From a virus (Duplodnaviria; Caudoviricetes), in IMG/VR virus record IMGVR_UViG_3300049458_000003, positions 1-55,297 of that record: a stretch of 55,297 nt of DNA. One strand, given 5' to 3'. The notes under the pieces were generated by a model, which saw only the letters and a list, made by a program, of their open reading frames with translations, did not search any database and was not told where the DNA came from. A program made the translations under genes and the position numbers. Shown here piece after piece: positions 17,128 through 26,394 of the stretch (the first letter of the stretch is position 1; each line of letters begins with the position of its first letter).

Positions 17128-19724
17128 ACATGGGCCTCCTTGGGGGTAAGCGCAGCAAGCCCCGCGCGAAGGTGATGCGCGCCAGCGGGCAACGACTCGA
17201 CCTGGCCGACCGCGCCGACATGCGCCGCCTTGCCTTGGCGCGTCAGGGGCAGTCCTGGCAGAAGGAAGCCTGGTCGTATCGCGGCCTCATCGGGGAGCTG
17301 CGTTTCGCGACCCTCATGAAGGCCCGTCAGGTGTCCAAGGTGCGGTACTACCCGGCCGAGATCGTCGAGGACGAAGACGAGCCCATCCCGTTCGACAGTG
17401 CCGACGCCCGCGCCCCCGAGCCGCTCCGCCGGGCCGCGATGGAGGAACTGTCCCGCCTACCGTTGTCGGCGGGGTACAGCTTCTGGGGTGTCCTCAGCGA
17501 GAACCTGTCCAGCTACTCCGGAGAGGCGTGGTTGCACGGGTACCTGAACCCCCTCACCGACGAGGAAACGTGGGAGGTCCTCAGCACCTCCGAGGTGAAC
17601 GTCAGCTCCGACGGCGTGTTGTCCATTCAGCGCGCGGGCGAATCCATGCGCCACGACATCCGGCCCGACTCCCCCGAAGAGATCCTCCGACTGTGGGTCC
17701 CCGACCCGGAACACCCGGGGCTCGCGGACTCGCCGATGCGGTCCCTGCGCGACGTGTGCGAGGGCATCCTCCTTGACGGCCAGGAGCTGCGCACCGCGTC
17801 CCGGTCCCGGGTCGCCACGAACGGGATCCTGCTCGTCCCGGACACGATGGCCCAGTTGGCCAGCAACCGGCCCGGCCAGGGCAGCGCCGAGGACGACCCC
17901 GACGAGAACCCATTCCAGGCGGAACTCACCGCCGCCCTGGTGGAGCCGATCGGCGACGAACGGCACTCGTCCGCCGCCGCGCCCGTCGTCATCACCGGCG
18001 ATGTGGAGGACATCAAGGCTGTCCGTCACATTCGACTGGACCGGCCCGATTCCCCCGAGGTGACAGATCGGGTGGTCCAGGGCCTGCGTCGGCTTGCCCA
18101 GGGCCTGGAGATCCCTCCCGAGATGATGTCCGGGTTGGGTGACGCGAACCATTGGTCGGCGTGGCTGGTGGACTCCAGCAACTACAAGTATTTTTTGTCC
18201 AGCGACATCCGCACGATCGCCGATTCCCTGACGGAGGGGTTCCTGCGCCCGGCGCTGCTCGCGCGCGGGTTCGCCCCCGCCGAGGTCCGCCTGGTTCAGG
18301 TGTGGTGGGACGCGGGTGTACTCACCGAGAACCCAAACCGTGGCGCGGACGCCATCACCGCGTTCGACCGGTTCGCGATCGGCCGCGAGGCCCTCCGGCA
18401 GGCCCTGGGCTTCGCGGACTCGGACGCCCCCGACGACGACGAACTGCTCCAGATGATCGCCGCCAAGATCGGCGTGGACCCGGCCACCAGTGCCGCCCTG
18501 CTGGAGTTGCTGTTGGGGACGAAGGGTTTGCCGACCGCGCCCCGGGTCATCCAGGGCCAGCCCGCGCCACCGGCGCTGCCGCCCGCGTCGCCCGCCGAGG
18601 GCCAGGCGCCGCCCGACAACGGCACCCCGCAGACCACCCCGCCCGGGATCACCGCCGCCGGGCTCAAGCTCGCGGCGCTGCTCACCGCCGACGGCGCCCC
18701 GGTCGACTACCAGGTGAACACCGAGCTGGCCCGTGAACTGATGGAGATCGACCGTCAACTACGCGACCGGATCATCATGGCCACCGACGCGATGATGGTC
18801 CGCGCCCTGGAGAAGGCAGGCGCCCGCATCCGAACCAAGGTGTCACGCAACGCCGCGTTGCGCGCCCAGTTGGGTGACGCGCCCGTGACTGAGTTCGGTC
18901 GCATCCTGGGCCGCGAGGCGCTGCTGGCCGCGCTCGGGCCTGACGAGAAGGGTTTGCTGGAGGGCGCGTTCGACGCGCTGGCCGAGAAGTTCGCGCAGTG
19001 GACGGCCGCCGCGATCACTGCCGCCGCGCGGGTGGTGCTGCGCATGCTGGGGTTCAAACGGGGCGACGCCCACGCCGACCGGGTCACCGAACGTATTACG
19101 GCCCCGATGAAGGCTCGTGTCCCAGCGTCATACGACAAACTGCGGGACCGCCTCATGAGCCTCGCCGACACGCTGCTGTTCCACCCGCACCCCGACATCG
19201 AGCCCGGCGAAGCATCCACCGAGATCGTCCCCGTCGCCATCGTGAGGGAGGCCCTCGCCGAGGTGGGCGGCAACCAGGACGGGTTCGGCGGCATCGGCAC
19301 CGGTGACGCCGTGGCGGGTGCCCTGTCCGACGCGGGCGCCAACGAACTCGGCTTCCAGTGGGCGTACGGCATCAGCCTCAACCACTACGAGTGGCATCGG
19401 GAACTGGACGGCGCCCGCTTCACCGGGTTCGAGGACGACCGCCTGTCCACGGTAGGGACCGGGCAGGAATGGGTTGGCTCCCATTTCCACCCGGGGGATC
19501 ACAACAACTGCCACTGCGACTTCGTCATGGTGTGGGCCGTTCCTGACCACTCGCAGGTACTGCGGAACCTGCTGCTGCCCGAGAGCGAGGGCGCCCGGAA
19601 CGACCGGGTCCTGGCGGAATCCGACGACCGCGCGGGCCGCCTGCGCACCACGGCGCAAGCCGCCCGGGACGAACGCCAGCGCATACTGGCGCTCCAGAAG
19701 AGGTTCATCGGAGGCGACCGGTAA
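17124..19724 (+). CDS. Portal protein with C-terminal MuF-like extension
   Basis: WQKEAW...GELRF, RLWVPDP..ADSP, GLGDANHWSAW motifs of cluster-B-like portals; C-terminal HPGDHNNCHC. Confidence 0.85.
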   Translation: MNMGLLGGKRSKPRAKVMRASGQRLDLADRADMRRLALARQGQSWQKEAWSYRGLIGELRFATLMKARQVSKVRYYPAEIVEDEDEPIPFDSADARAPEPLRRAAMEELSRLPLSAGYSFWGVLSENLSSYSGEAWLHGYLNPLTDEETWEVLSTSEVNVSSDGVLSIQRAGESMRHDIRPDSPEEILRLWVPDPEHPGLADSPMRSLRDVCEGILLDGQELRTASRSRVATNGILLVPDTMAQLASNRPGQGSAEDDPDENPFQAELTAALVEPIGDERHSSAAAPVVITGDVEDIKAVRHIRLDRPDSPEVTDRVVQGLRRLAQGLEIPPEMMSGLGDANHWSAWLVDSSNYKYFLSSDIRTIADSLTEGFLRPALLARGFAPAEVRLVQVWWDAGVLTENPNRGADAITAFDRFAIGREALRQALGFADSDAPDDDELLQMIAAKIGVDPATSAALLELLLGTKGLPTAPRVIQGQPAPPALPPASPAEGQAPPDNGTPQTTPPGITAAGLKLAALLTADGAPVDYQVNTELARELMEIDRQLRDRIIMATDAMMVRALEKAGARIRTKVSRNAALRAQLGDAPVTEFGRILGREALLAALGPDEKGLLEGAFDALAEKFAQWTAAAITAAARVVLRMLGFKRGDAHADRVTERITAPMKARVPASYDKLRDRLMSLADTLLFHPHPDIEPGEASTEIVPVAIVREALAEVGGNQDGFGGIGTGDAVAGALSDAGANELGFQWAYGISLNHYEWHRELDGARFTGFEDDRLSTVGTGQEWVGSHFHPGDHNNCHCDFVMVWAVPDHSQVLRNLLLPESEGARNDRVLAESDDRAGRLRTTAQAARDERQRILALQKRFIGGDR

Positions 19725-21898
19725 TGGGCATGATCGCGCTGATCCCGCACCCCGACGACGCGGCGCAGCTCGCCGTGGACGGCGGCGACCCAGCCGCCGA
19801 CATGCACCTCACGCTGAGTTACATGGGCGACGACGACGAGTCGATCGCCCCCGCCCAGGTGGACGCGCTCCGCGCCGACCTCGCCGAACTGGCCGCGAAC
19901 CACCCCGCGATCCAGGCCGAGGCGTTCGCTCACGCGCACTTCAACCCGGCGGGGGTCAATAGCAAGGGCGAGCCCTCCGACCCGTGCATGGTGTACCTCG
20001 TCAACGGTGAACTCGGCGACCTCCGGGATCAAGCCCTCCAGCTGGGCGCGACACACGTTCCGCACGCGCCCGACCCGTACCCCAGTTACATCCCGCACAT
20101 CACCGCCGGTTACGGCCTGGACCAGTCAGCCCTCAGCTACACCGGCCCCGTCCGCTTCAATGCCATCCGCCTCGACGTGGGCGACACCGTGGAGGATTAC
20201 CCCATGCAGCCGACCGCCGCCGAAGCCAAGCCGCTTCCCGATCCCGCCCTGGAGCCCGCCGGTGAGATTCCCGTCGAGTTCCCCGTCATCGTCATCGAGG
20301 GGATGCGCACCGATGACGGCCGGTTCATCGAGCCGGGTGCACTGACTCACCGCGCACTCCCGCTCCCAATCCTGGCCCAAAACCAGAACCCGGATGGCGG
20401 TGAGGGGCACGACGGGGCTGCCGTCATCGGCGCCCTGCGCACCCTGGAGCGCGTCCCGGGACCCGAGGTCATCAGCAAGGAAACCGGAGCGCCGTTCCCC
20501 GAAGGCACGTTCGTGTGGCGTGGCACCGGCGGGATCGCGGGGGACTCCGCGCACGCGGACATGGCCATGCGCGGCTACCTGCGCGGCAACTCCGTGGACC
20601 TGGTGGACACCGCAGTGGAGTTGGTGATCGCCGACGCCGAGGACGAGGACGACCCCGAGGGCGTGCTCATGTCCGCCGACGGCACCGAGGCGCGACTCAA
20701 GCGCGGCAAGATCGCCGCCACCACGCTGGTCCCTGTCCCTGCGTTCGCCGACGGGTACGTCGTGATCGCTGGGCAGCAGATGGCCGCCGCCGACGAAGAG
20801 GGCCTTGTCGCGTCCCCCATGTGGCGGTCGTCCGAGCTGGGCGACGACACCTGCGCGCCGTGCCTGGCCGAGGCGGCCGACGTGCCCCAAGCGAAGCGCG
20901 ACAAGGCCACGGACGCCGGGCACGCGATGCCCGACGGCAGCTACCCCATCGAGACTCCCGAGGACCTGGACAACGCGATCCACGCGGTTGGCCGCGCGGG
21001 CGGGCCCGGGGCCCCCGAATCCGAGCACGACGCCGTGCGCGCCCACATCATCAAGCAGGCCAAGCGGCTCAACCTGGTGGACCGGATCCCGGCCAATTGG
21101 AACCCCGACGGGACACTCAAGCCCGCCGTGACCGCGTCCACCCTGGCCGCCTACCCGTTGGCGTACTTCCAGGACCCCGGGTTTGGTGAGCCCACCGCCA
21201 TGCACGTGGAGCCCGACACCGGCCGCGTGTACGGCCACATCGCCACGTGGGGGACGTGTCACACGGGGTTCACCGGGAAGTGCGTGCTCGCGCCCAAGAC
21301 CAAGACCAACTACGGGTTGTTCACCCTGGGCTCCGTCCTGGCTAAGGACCAGGACGGCTCCACCGTGGAGGTCCCTGTCGGACACCTCACCGTGGGAACC
21401 GGTCACGCCGCCACCGACCTGGGCGCTCATGCCACCGTGGAGCACTACGACAACACGGGCACCGCCGCCGCCGACGTCGCGCTGGGCGAGGACCGGCATG
21501 GCATCTGGGCTGCTGGTGTTGTGCGGCCGGGTACCCCGGCGGAGAAGGTGCACGCGCTGCGCGCCTCGCCGATCAGTGGGGACTGGCGCTGGATCGACGG
21601 CAACCTGGAGTTGGTGGCCGCCCTCGCGGTCAACGTCCCTGGGTTCCCGGTGCCTCGCGCCCGGGTCGCGTCGGGTGTGGTCACGGCCCTGGTCGCGGCG
21701 GGTGTCCTTCCGAGCGACCCTGGGTCGTCCAGCCTGGCCGAGCAGGCTGCCGCCGACAGGGTGGCAGCCGATGTGGTGGCCACCCTTGGTGTCGGCGACG
21801 AGTTGAGTCAGCGGCACGAGGCGGCCTCGGCGAGCCTGGGTCAGTTGCGGCTGGCTGCCCGTCGTCAGGCCGCGCTGATGGCGTTGCATCGTCGCTGA
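19724..21898 (+). CDS. 2H phosphoesterase domain fused to capsid maturation protease-type head protein
   Basis: HLTL and HITA motifs in the first ~150 aa; EGMRTDDGRFI protease-like region; AMPDGSYPI..DLDNAI domain; GRVYGHIATWGTCH C-terminal domain. Confidence 0.8.
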   Translation: MGMIALIPHPDDAAQLAVDGGDPAADMHLTLSYMGDDDESIAPAQVDALRADLAELAANHPAIQAEAFAHAHFNPAGVNSKGEPSDPCMVYLVNGELGDLRDQALQLGATHVPHAPDPYPSYIPHITAGYGLDQSALSYTGPVRFNAIRLDVGDTVEDYPMQPTAAEAKPLPDPALEPAGEIPVEFPVIVIEGMRTDDGRFIEPGALTHRALPLPILAQNQNPDGGEGHDGAAVIGALRTLERVPGPEVISKETGAPFPEGTFVWRGTGGIAGDSAHADMAMRGYLRGNSVDLVDTAVELVIADAEDEDDPEGVLMSADGTEARLKRGKIAATTLVPVPAFADGYVVIAGQQMAAADEEGLVASPMWRSSELGDDTCAPCLAEAADVPQAKRDKATDAGHAMPDGSYPIETPEDLDNAIHAVGRAGGPGAPESEHDAVRAHIIKQAKRLNLVDRIPANWNPDGTLKPAVTASTLAAYPLAYFQDPGFGEPTAMHVEPDTGRVYGHIATWGTCHTGFTGKCVLAPKTKTNYGLFTLGSVLAKDQDGSTVEVPVGHLTVGTGHAATDLGAHATVEHYDNTGTAAADVALGEDRHGIWAAGVVRPGTPAEKVHALRASPISGDWRWIDGNLELVAALAVNVPGFPVPRARVASGVVTALVAAGVLPSDPGSSSLAEQAAADRVAADVVATLGVGDELSQRHEAASASLGQLRLAARRQAALMALHRR

Positions 21899-21910
21899 TC
21901 GGGGATGGCA

Positions 21911-21940
21911 TTGCCCTACCCCCAAACGTAGGGGTAGGGT
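21911..21940 (+). promoter_or_regulatory. Promoter cassette copy: TTGCCC-18-TAGGGT with CCCTACCCC/GGGGTAGGG inverted repeat
   Basis: Variant of the repeated motif. Confidence 0.7.
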
Positions 21941-21971
21941 GACCGTCACTACCCGATCAGCAGGAGGCACC

Positions 21972-22439
21972 ATGCAGGCCGTCACCACCGACACCCTGGA
22001 CAGCGACCTCGCGGGGGTCGAACTGCTCGCCGCCGACATCTACGCGGCCGTCGCCGCCAGCGAGGGGGACCCGCTCAGCCGGGTCGTGCTCTACCAGGAA
22101 CAAGAGCCCGAGATCATCGCCGCCGTCCGCGCCGAATGGCCAGACGCGACCATCACCGAAGACCCCGACCAGGCCGGTGAACTCTCCGCCCAAGGGGCCT
22201 GGGTCCTGTACGGAACCGTGGCGCTGGGGATGGCATTCGCCGGTCACCGACGCGCCCGCGTCCACGACGGCGACGCCCAGCGCCCCCCGGTCGGAGTGGC
22301 GCGGGTATCCGCCATGACCGACCCCGTCAGAGCGGAGGCATACGCCGAGGGCCTCCGACGCCTGGGGCTCGCGACCCTGTTCGACCCCACGATCCCGGGC
22401 GTCTTCGTCCAGTTGCGCAAGGAGGGCCTGATCCCGTGA
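21972..22439 (+). CDS. Hypothetical protein (insert in head module)
   Basis: AGGAGG RBS. Confidence 0.7.
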   Translation: MQAVTTDTLDSDLAGVELLAADIYAAVAASEGDPLSRVVLYQEQEPEIIAAVRAEWPDATITEDPDQAGELSAQGAWVLYGTVALGMAFAGHRRARVHDGDAQRPPVGVARVSAMTDPVRAEAYAEGLRRLGLATLFDPTIPGVFVQLRKEGLIP

Positions 22440-22759
22440 TCCCACCCAAACTCCACCAGAGCGTGCACCGCTGCAAATGGTGCGACGCGAGGATCGTATG
22501 GGCCAACGAGGGCACACTGCTGTACCCCGTGGACGCCGACCACGCCGAGGACGGCAACCTGATCCTCAACCTCCAGGCCGTCCCCAAGGGGACCGCGATC
22601 GTGGCCACCCGGCCCACACGTGGGCAAGCCACCGGACTGGTCAGCGACGGCGAGACGCTGCACCACCACCACATGCACACATGCACTGGGTCCGGCGAGT
22701 GGTACCGGAAAGTCACGCACGGGCCCGCGCGGCGCGGGTTCCCCACGCGGAGCAAGTAA
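22436..22759 (+). CDS. Zn-binding hypothetical protein
   Basis: CKWCDARIVW...PVDAD...GNL...HMHTC. Confidence 0.75.
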   Translation: MIPPKLHQSVHRCKWCDARIVWANEGTLLYPVDADHAEDGNLILNLQAVPKGTAIVATRPTRGQATGLVSDGETLHHHHMHTCTGSGEWYRKVTHGPARRGFPTRSK

Positions 22760-22777
22760 CCCCCCGGCGCTGCCGGT

Positions 22778-22916
22778 AGCCCCACGTTTGCGGCTCTGTA
22801 CACTCCATCCGTAGACGTGGGGCTTTACGGTGCGCCGTCATAGACGACTCTCCCGCCAATCGCTTAGCGAATGGCCCGCCTCGGCATGAACCACTGAACC
22901 GAGAACAGGGAGAGTC
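22778..22916 (+). promoter_or_regulatory. Structured leader of the capsid gene
   Basis: 16-bp stem 22778-22824 with TACACT in its loop; GACTCTCCC/GGGAGAGTC stem covering the SD. Confidence 0.6.
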
Positions 22917-22919
22917 CAA

Positions 22920-24599
22920 GTGGACATCCAGGATGTGATCTCTCGACTTGCCGCTGCAACGGACGATGAGCTGAGTGCCGCGCTTTCCGCGCTCCAGGCT
23001 CAGGCCGTCGAGGCGCAGGCAGGCACGAACGAGCTGAGCGAGGACAGCGTCACCGCGCTGGAGGGGATCGCCACCGCACAGGAGCAGGTCCTCGCAGAGC
23101 AGGGCCGCCGCATCGAACTTTCCTCGCGCCTCCAGGCGGCGCGCTCCGCCCTGGCCGCGAACGCCCCTGCCGGGCCGACCGAGGTCGAGCCGGTCGAGGA
23201 CGAGACCGTCGAGGGTGAGCCGACCGACGAGGCCGATTCCGTGACCGCGTCCGGTCGCGCGAAGCTGGGCTCCATCGGCAAGCACGCCCCCAAGGGCCAG
23301 TCCACGGCGAACGTGGACACGATCACCACGACCACGCGCGCGACCGCGTCCTCCGCGAACTTCGCCCTCGGGCAGAAGCTCGACTGGTCCGACGTCACGA
23401 ACGCCCTGCACGAACGCCTGAGCGTTTTGCGCTCCGGGGTCGGCAACAGCGGCAAGCAGCACGTCGCCCGCATGCAGTTCGACTACTCGCCGCAGCGCAC
23501 CCTCGGCATGAACGACCTGCACAACCGCGAGGTCCTCAACCGGGTGACCAGCCCGGAGTCCCTCGTCGCGGCTGGCGGGTTCTGCGCCCCCGCCGAGGTG
23601 CTCTACGACATCCCAACCGTGGGCGTCACCGACCGTCCCGTGCGGGATTCCGCGATGGCGCGGTTCGGCGTCGACCGTGGGCAGATCACGTACCGCGCCC
23701 CGATGGACGCGCTGACCATGACGTCCGGGATCGGCGTATGGACCGCCGACGACGACGCGCTGGTCGGCGTGATCGAGACGCCCACCGACGCGGTGGACCC
23801 GACCAAAACCTGCTTCGACGTGGCGTGCCCCGGCATGCTGGACGCCTCGGTGTACAGCGTGTACCTGTGCCTCCAGTACCCCAACTGGACCAGCCGGTTC
23901 GACCCGGAATGGGTGGACTCCACCACCCGGGAATCGCTGGTGACGCACGCCCGGTTCGCCGAGAACCGGCTGCTGGCGCTCATGGCGGCCGGTTCCAAGA
24001 TCCTCAGCCAGGCGGCCTTCGTCTCCGGCACCCGGGACATCCTGGTGGCCATCGACAAGGCCCAGGCGTACTACCGGAACCGTCACCGGTTCGCCGACGA
24101 GACCCGGCTCCGCCTGATCCTGCCCGCGTGGGTGCGGGAGCTGTTCCGCGCCGACCTGACCCGTGGGTTCTCCGGCGACCTGGACGCACTCGCCGTGGCG
24201 GACGCGCTCATCGCGGGGTGGTTCGCGGCCCGCAACGTCAACATCACGTGGCACCTGGACGGCAACGCGGGCGCCACCGTGTCCGGCATCGCCATCCCGG
24301 ACCAGTTCTACGCGAACGCCTCCGCCGGTGGCGTGCTCCCGCCCTTCCCCGACAAGGTGGACGCCCTGCTGTACGCCGAGGGCGACTGGCTGTTCCTGGA
24401 CGGCGGCACCCTGGACCTGGGCCTGGTGCGGGATTCGGGTCTCAACCTGAAGAACCGTTACCAGACCTTCGTGGAAACGTGGGAGGGTGTGGCGCTGCGA
24501 GGCGTCGAGTCCCTGCGACTCGTCCTCGGCGTGCAGCCCTCCGGTGCCGTCGTGGGCACCATCCCTCCGGCGACCGCCGCGACCCCGTTTACGGACTAG
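22920..24599 (+). CDS. Major capsid (hexamer) protein with N-terminal scaffold-like region
   Basis: SLVAAGGFCAP..LYDI, FDPE, GGTLDLGLVRDSGLNLKNRYQTFVETWEG motifs of Rosebush-like capsids. Confidence 0.88.
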   Translation: MDIQDVISRLAAATDDELSAALSALQAQAVEAQAGTNELSEDSVTALEGIATAQEQVLAEQGRRIELSSRLQAARSALAANAPAGPTEVEPVEDETVEGEPTDEADSVTASGRAKLGSIGKHAPKGQSTANVDTITTTTRATASSANFALGQKLDWSDVTNALHERLSVLRSGVGNSGKQHVARMQFDYSPQRTLGMNDLHNREVLNRVTSPESLVAAGGFCAPAEVLYDIPTVGVTDRPVRDSAMARFGVDRGQITYRAPMDALTMTSGIGVWTADDDALVGVIETPTDAVDPTKTCFDVACPGMLDASVYSVYLCLQYPNWTSRFDPEWVDSTTRESLVTHARFAENRLLALMAAGSKILSQAAFVSGTRDILVAIDKAQAYYRNRHRFADETRLRLILPAWVRELFRADLTRGFSGDLDALAVADALIAGWFAARNVNITWHLDGNAGATVSGIAIPDQFYANASAGGVLPPFPDKVDALLYAEGDWLFLDGGTLDLGLVRDSGLNLKNRYQTFVETWEGVALRGVESLRLVLGVQPSGAVVGTIPPATAATPFTD

Positions 24600-24605
24600 T
24601 CGCCC

Positions 24606-24640
24606 GCCAGCCCCGGGCAGTCCCCATGCCCGGGGCTGGC
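24606..24640 (+). terminator. 14-bp perfect hairpin after the major capsid gene
   Basis: GCCAGCCCCGGGCA / TGCCCGGGGCTGGC. Confidence 0.65.
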
Positions 24641-24662
24641 ACCCGCCGGAAGGAGGTAAGTC

Positions 24663-25466
24663 ATGTACCCAGAGGTACCGGCAGTACCCGCGAGTCCCGG
24701 ACCGAGCGGCCTGTGGGCGTCCGCCATCAAGCCGAAGGACGGCGCCCGTTGGGAGCAGGGGTTCGCCTGGCGTCCCGAGCGTTGCTTCAACATGCAGGGC
24801 TACGACCAGTGCGACGAACTGGCCGACCCCCCGCCCCCCAACGACAGTGACATCGCGTACTACACCCCACCCGCATACCGGGTGCGCGACCTGTGCAGCA
24901 CCATCGGCGGTGTCCTGGACATCGACCGTGTCCGTCGGCAGGTCGAGGCCGGAACGTCGGCCGCGATGGCCAACGAACTGTGGACGGGGGCGATCTCGGT
25001 GGCGAACCCGGCCACCATCAACGGCGCCCCGTACGTCAACGCGCACCTAGCGTCGACTGCCGCCACTACGGTCGTCACCACCGGCACCATCGCCGAACGG
25101 CTGGCCAAGCTGGAGCAGGCCGCCCTCGACGCCAGCAACGGCCAGCAGGTCGTTCTCCATGTGCCCGTGCACATGGTGACACCCATCGCGAACCTGCTAC
25201 ACAGCGTTGGCCCGTCCCTCTTCACGGCCCTGAATTCCCTGGTCATCGCCGACGGCGCCTACCCGGGTACCGGACCGGACGGCACGGGAACGACATGGGC
25301 GTACGCCACCGGCCCCGTTCAGGCCAGGGTCAGCACCATCGACCTGATCGAAGCCCCCGTGGAAACGATCGACCGAAGCACCAACCGGCAGGAAGTTTGG
25401 GGTAGCAGCGTCTTCGCGGCCACCTTCGACCCCTGCCTCCATCTGGCGACGAACGTAGGAGCGTAA
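24663..25466 (+). CDS. Putative major capsid pentamer protein
   Basis: Follows the hexamer gene; RWEQG, VIADGAYPGTGP, WAYATGPV, ATFDPC motifs. Confidence 0.7.
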   Translation: MYPEVPAVPASPGPSGLWASAIKPKDGARWEQGFAWRPERCFNMQGYDQCDELADPPPPNDSDIAYYTPPAYRVRDLCSTIGGVLDIDRVRRQVEAGTSAAMANELWTGAISVANPATINGAPYVNAHLASTAATTVVTTGTIAERLAKLEQAALDASNGQQVVLHVPVHMVTPIANLLHSVGPSLFTALNSLVIADGAYPGTGPDGTGTTWAYATGPVQARVSTIDLIEAPVETIDRSTNRQEVWGSSVFAATFDPCLHLATNVGA

Positions 25467-25468
25467 CC

Positions 25469-26377
25469 ATGAGCTACAACGGCGCAGGGTCGCTGTTCGC
25501 GCTGGGGCTTCGGTTGGCGAAGCTCGACGCCAACGGCGCACCACTGCCGGGCGCGAAGAACGGCTACAAGACCGACGCGCTGGTGACCATCAGCCTCGGC
25601 CTGAACTATGAGGACGGCGAAGAGGTCACCCTCAAGAACGGCAGCGGGAACATCTGCGTCTACTTCAAGGCGCCGTCCACCGTGAAGAGCGGCAAGATCG
25701 CATCCTTCCAGGTGTGCGACCCGGATCCGATTCTGATGGAGTTCCTGATCGGGTCCTCCACGTTCGAGAGCGCGGGTAACCAGATCGGCGGCGCCGCACC
25801 CGAGACCGGTGTCGAGGCCAACCCCAACGGGGTGTCCATCGAGTTCTGGACCTACCAGATCATCGATGGCGCCAAGGCTGGTTTCGCCCACTGGGTGGTA
25901 CCCCACGCCAAGCTCACCCTGTCCGATGACCTCGCGGCCAGCGGTTCCGACCCGATGACCGGCAACTTCGAGGGCGAGTCGGTCCAGGACGAGAACTGGG
26001 GCGACGGGCCAGCCAACGACTGGTACCTGCCCAGTGACCGGGTGTGGCAGTGGGTCCAGACGGCCACCATGCCGGACCTGACCCGGGGCTACTACACGGT
26101 GAGCAACGAGCTGACCGTGACCAGCCTCAACGTGCTCCCGGCAACCGCCGCGCTGGACGTGTCCGACGGCACCACGCAGCTACTCAACGCGGTCGCCACC
26201 ATGTCGGACCTGTCCACCCGCGACGTCACCGAGGTCACCACCTGGACGACCTCCGACGCCACGAAGGCCACCGTCAACGCGCACGGTCTCGTGTCGCCAG
26301 TCGCGGCCGGTACCCCGACCATTACCGGCACGTACCGGACGGCCAGCGACACCGTCGCCGTCACCGTCACCGCATAA
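25469..26377 (+). CDS. Major tail protein with C-terminal Ig-like (Big_2) domain
   Basis: LRLAKLDANG..EDGEEVTLKNGSGNIC, NWGDGP; WTTSDATKATVNAHGLV. Confidence 0.85.
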   Translation: MSYNGAGSLFALGLRLAKLDANGAPLPGAKNGYKTDALVTISLGLNYEDGEEVTLKNGSGNICVYFKAPSTVKSGKIASFQVCDPDPILMEFLIGSSTFESAGNQIGGAAPETGVEANPNGVSIEFWTYQIIDGAKAGFAHWVVPHAKLTLSDDLAASGSDPMTGNFEGESVQDENWGDGPANDWYLPSDRVWQWVQTATMPDLTRGYYTVSNELTVTSLNVLPATAALDVSDGTTQLLNAVATMSDLSTRDVTEVTTWTTSDATKATVNAHGLVSPVAAGTPTITGTYRTASDTVAVTVTA

Positions 26378-26394
26378 CCGAACGGGGGTAGCTC

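Noticed and set aside
20126-25046. Long minus-strand ORFs (637 aa and 777 aa; also 29146-31281 and 51434-52969)
   Set aside because: Antisense shadows of GC3-rich real genes, with no motifs or RBS.
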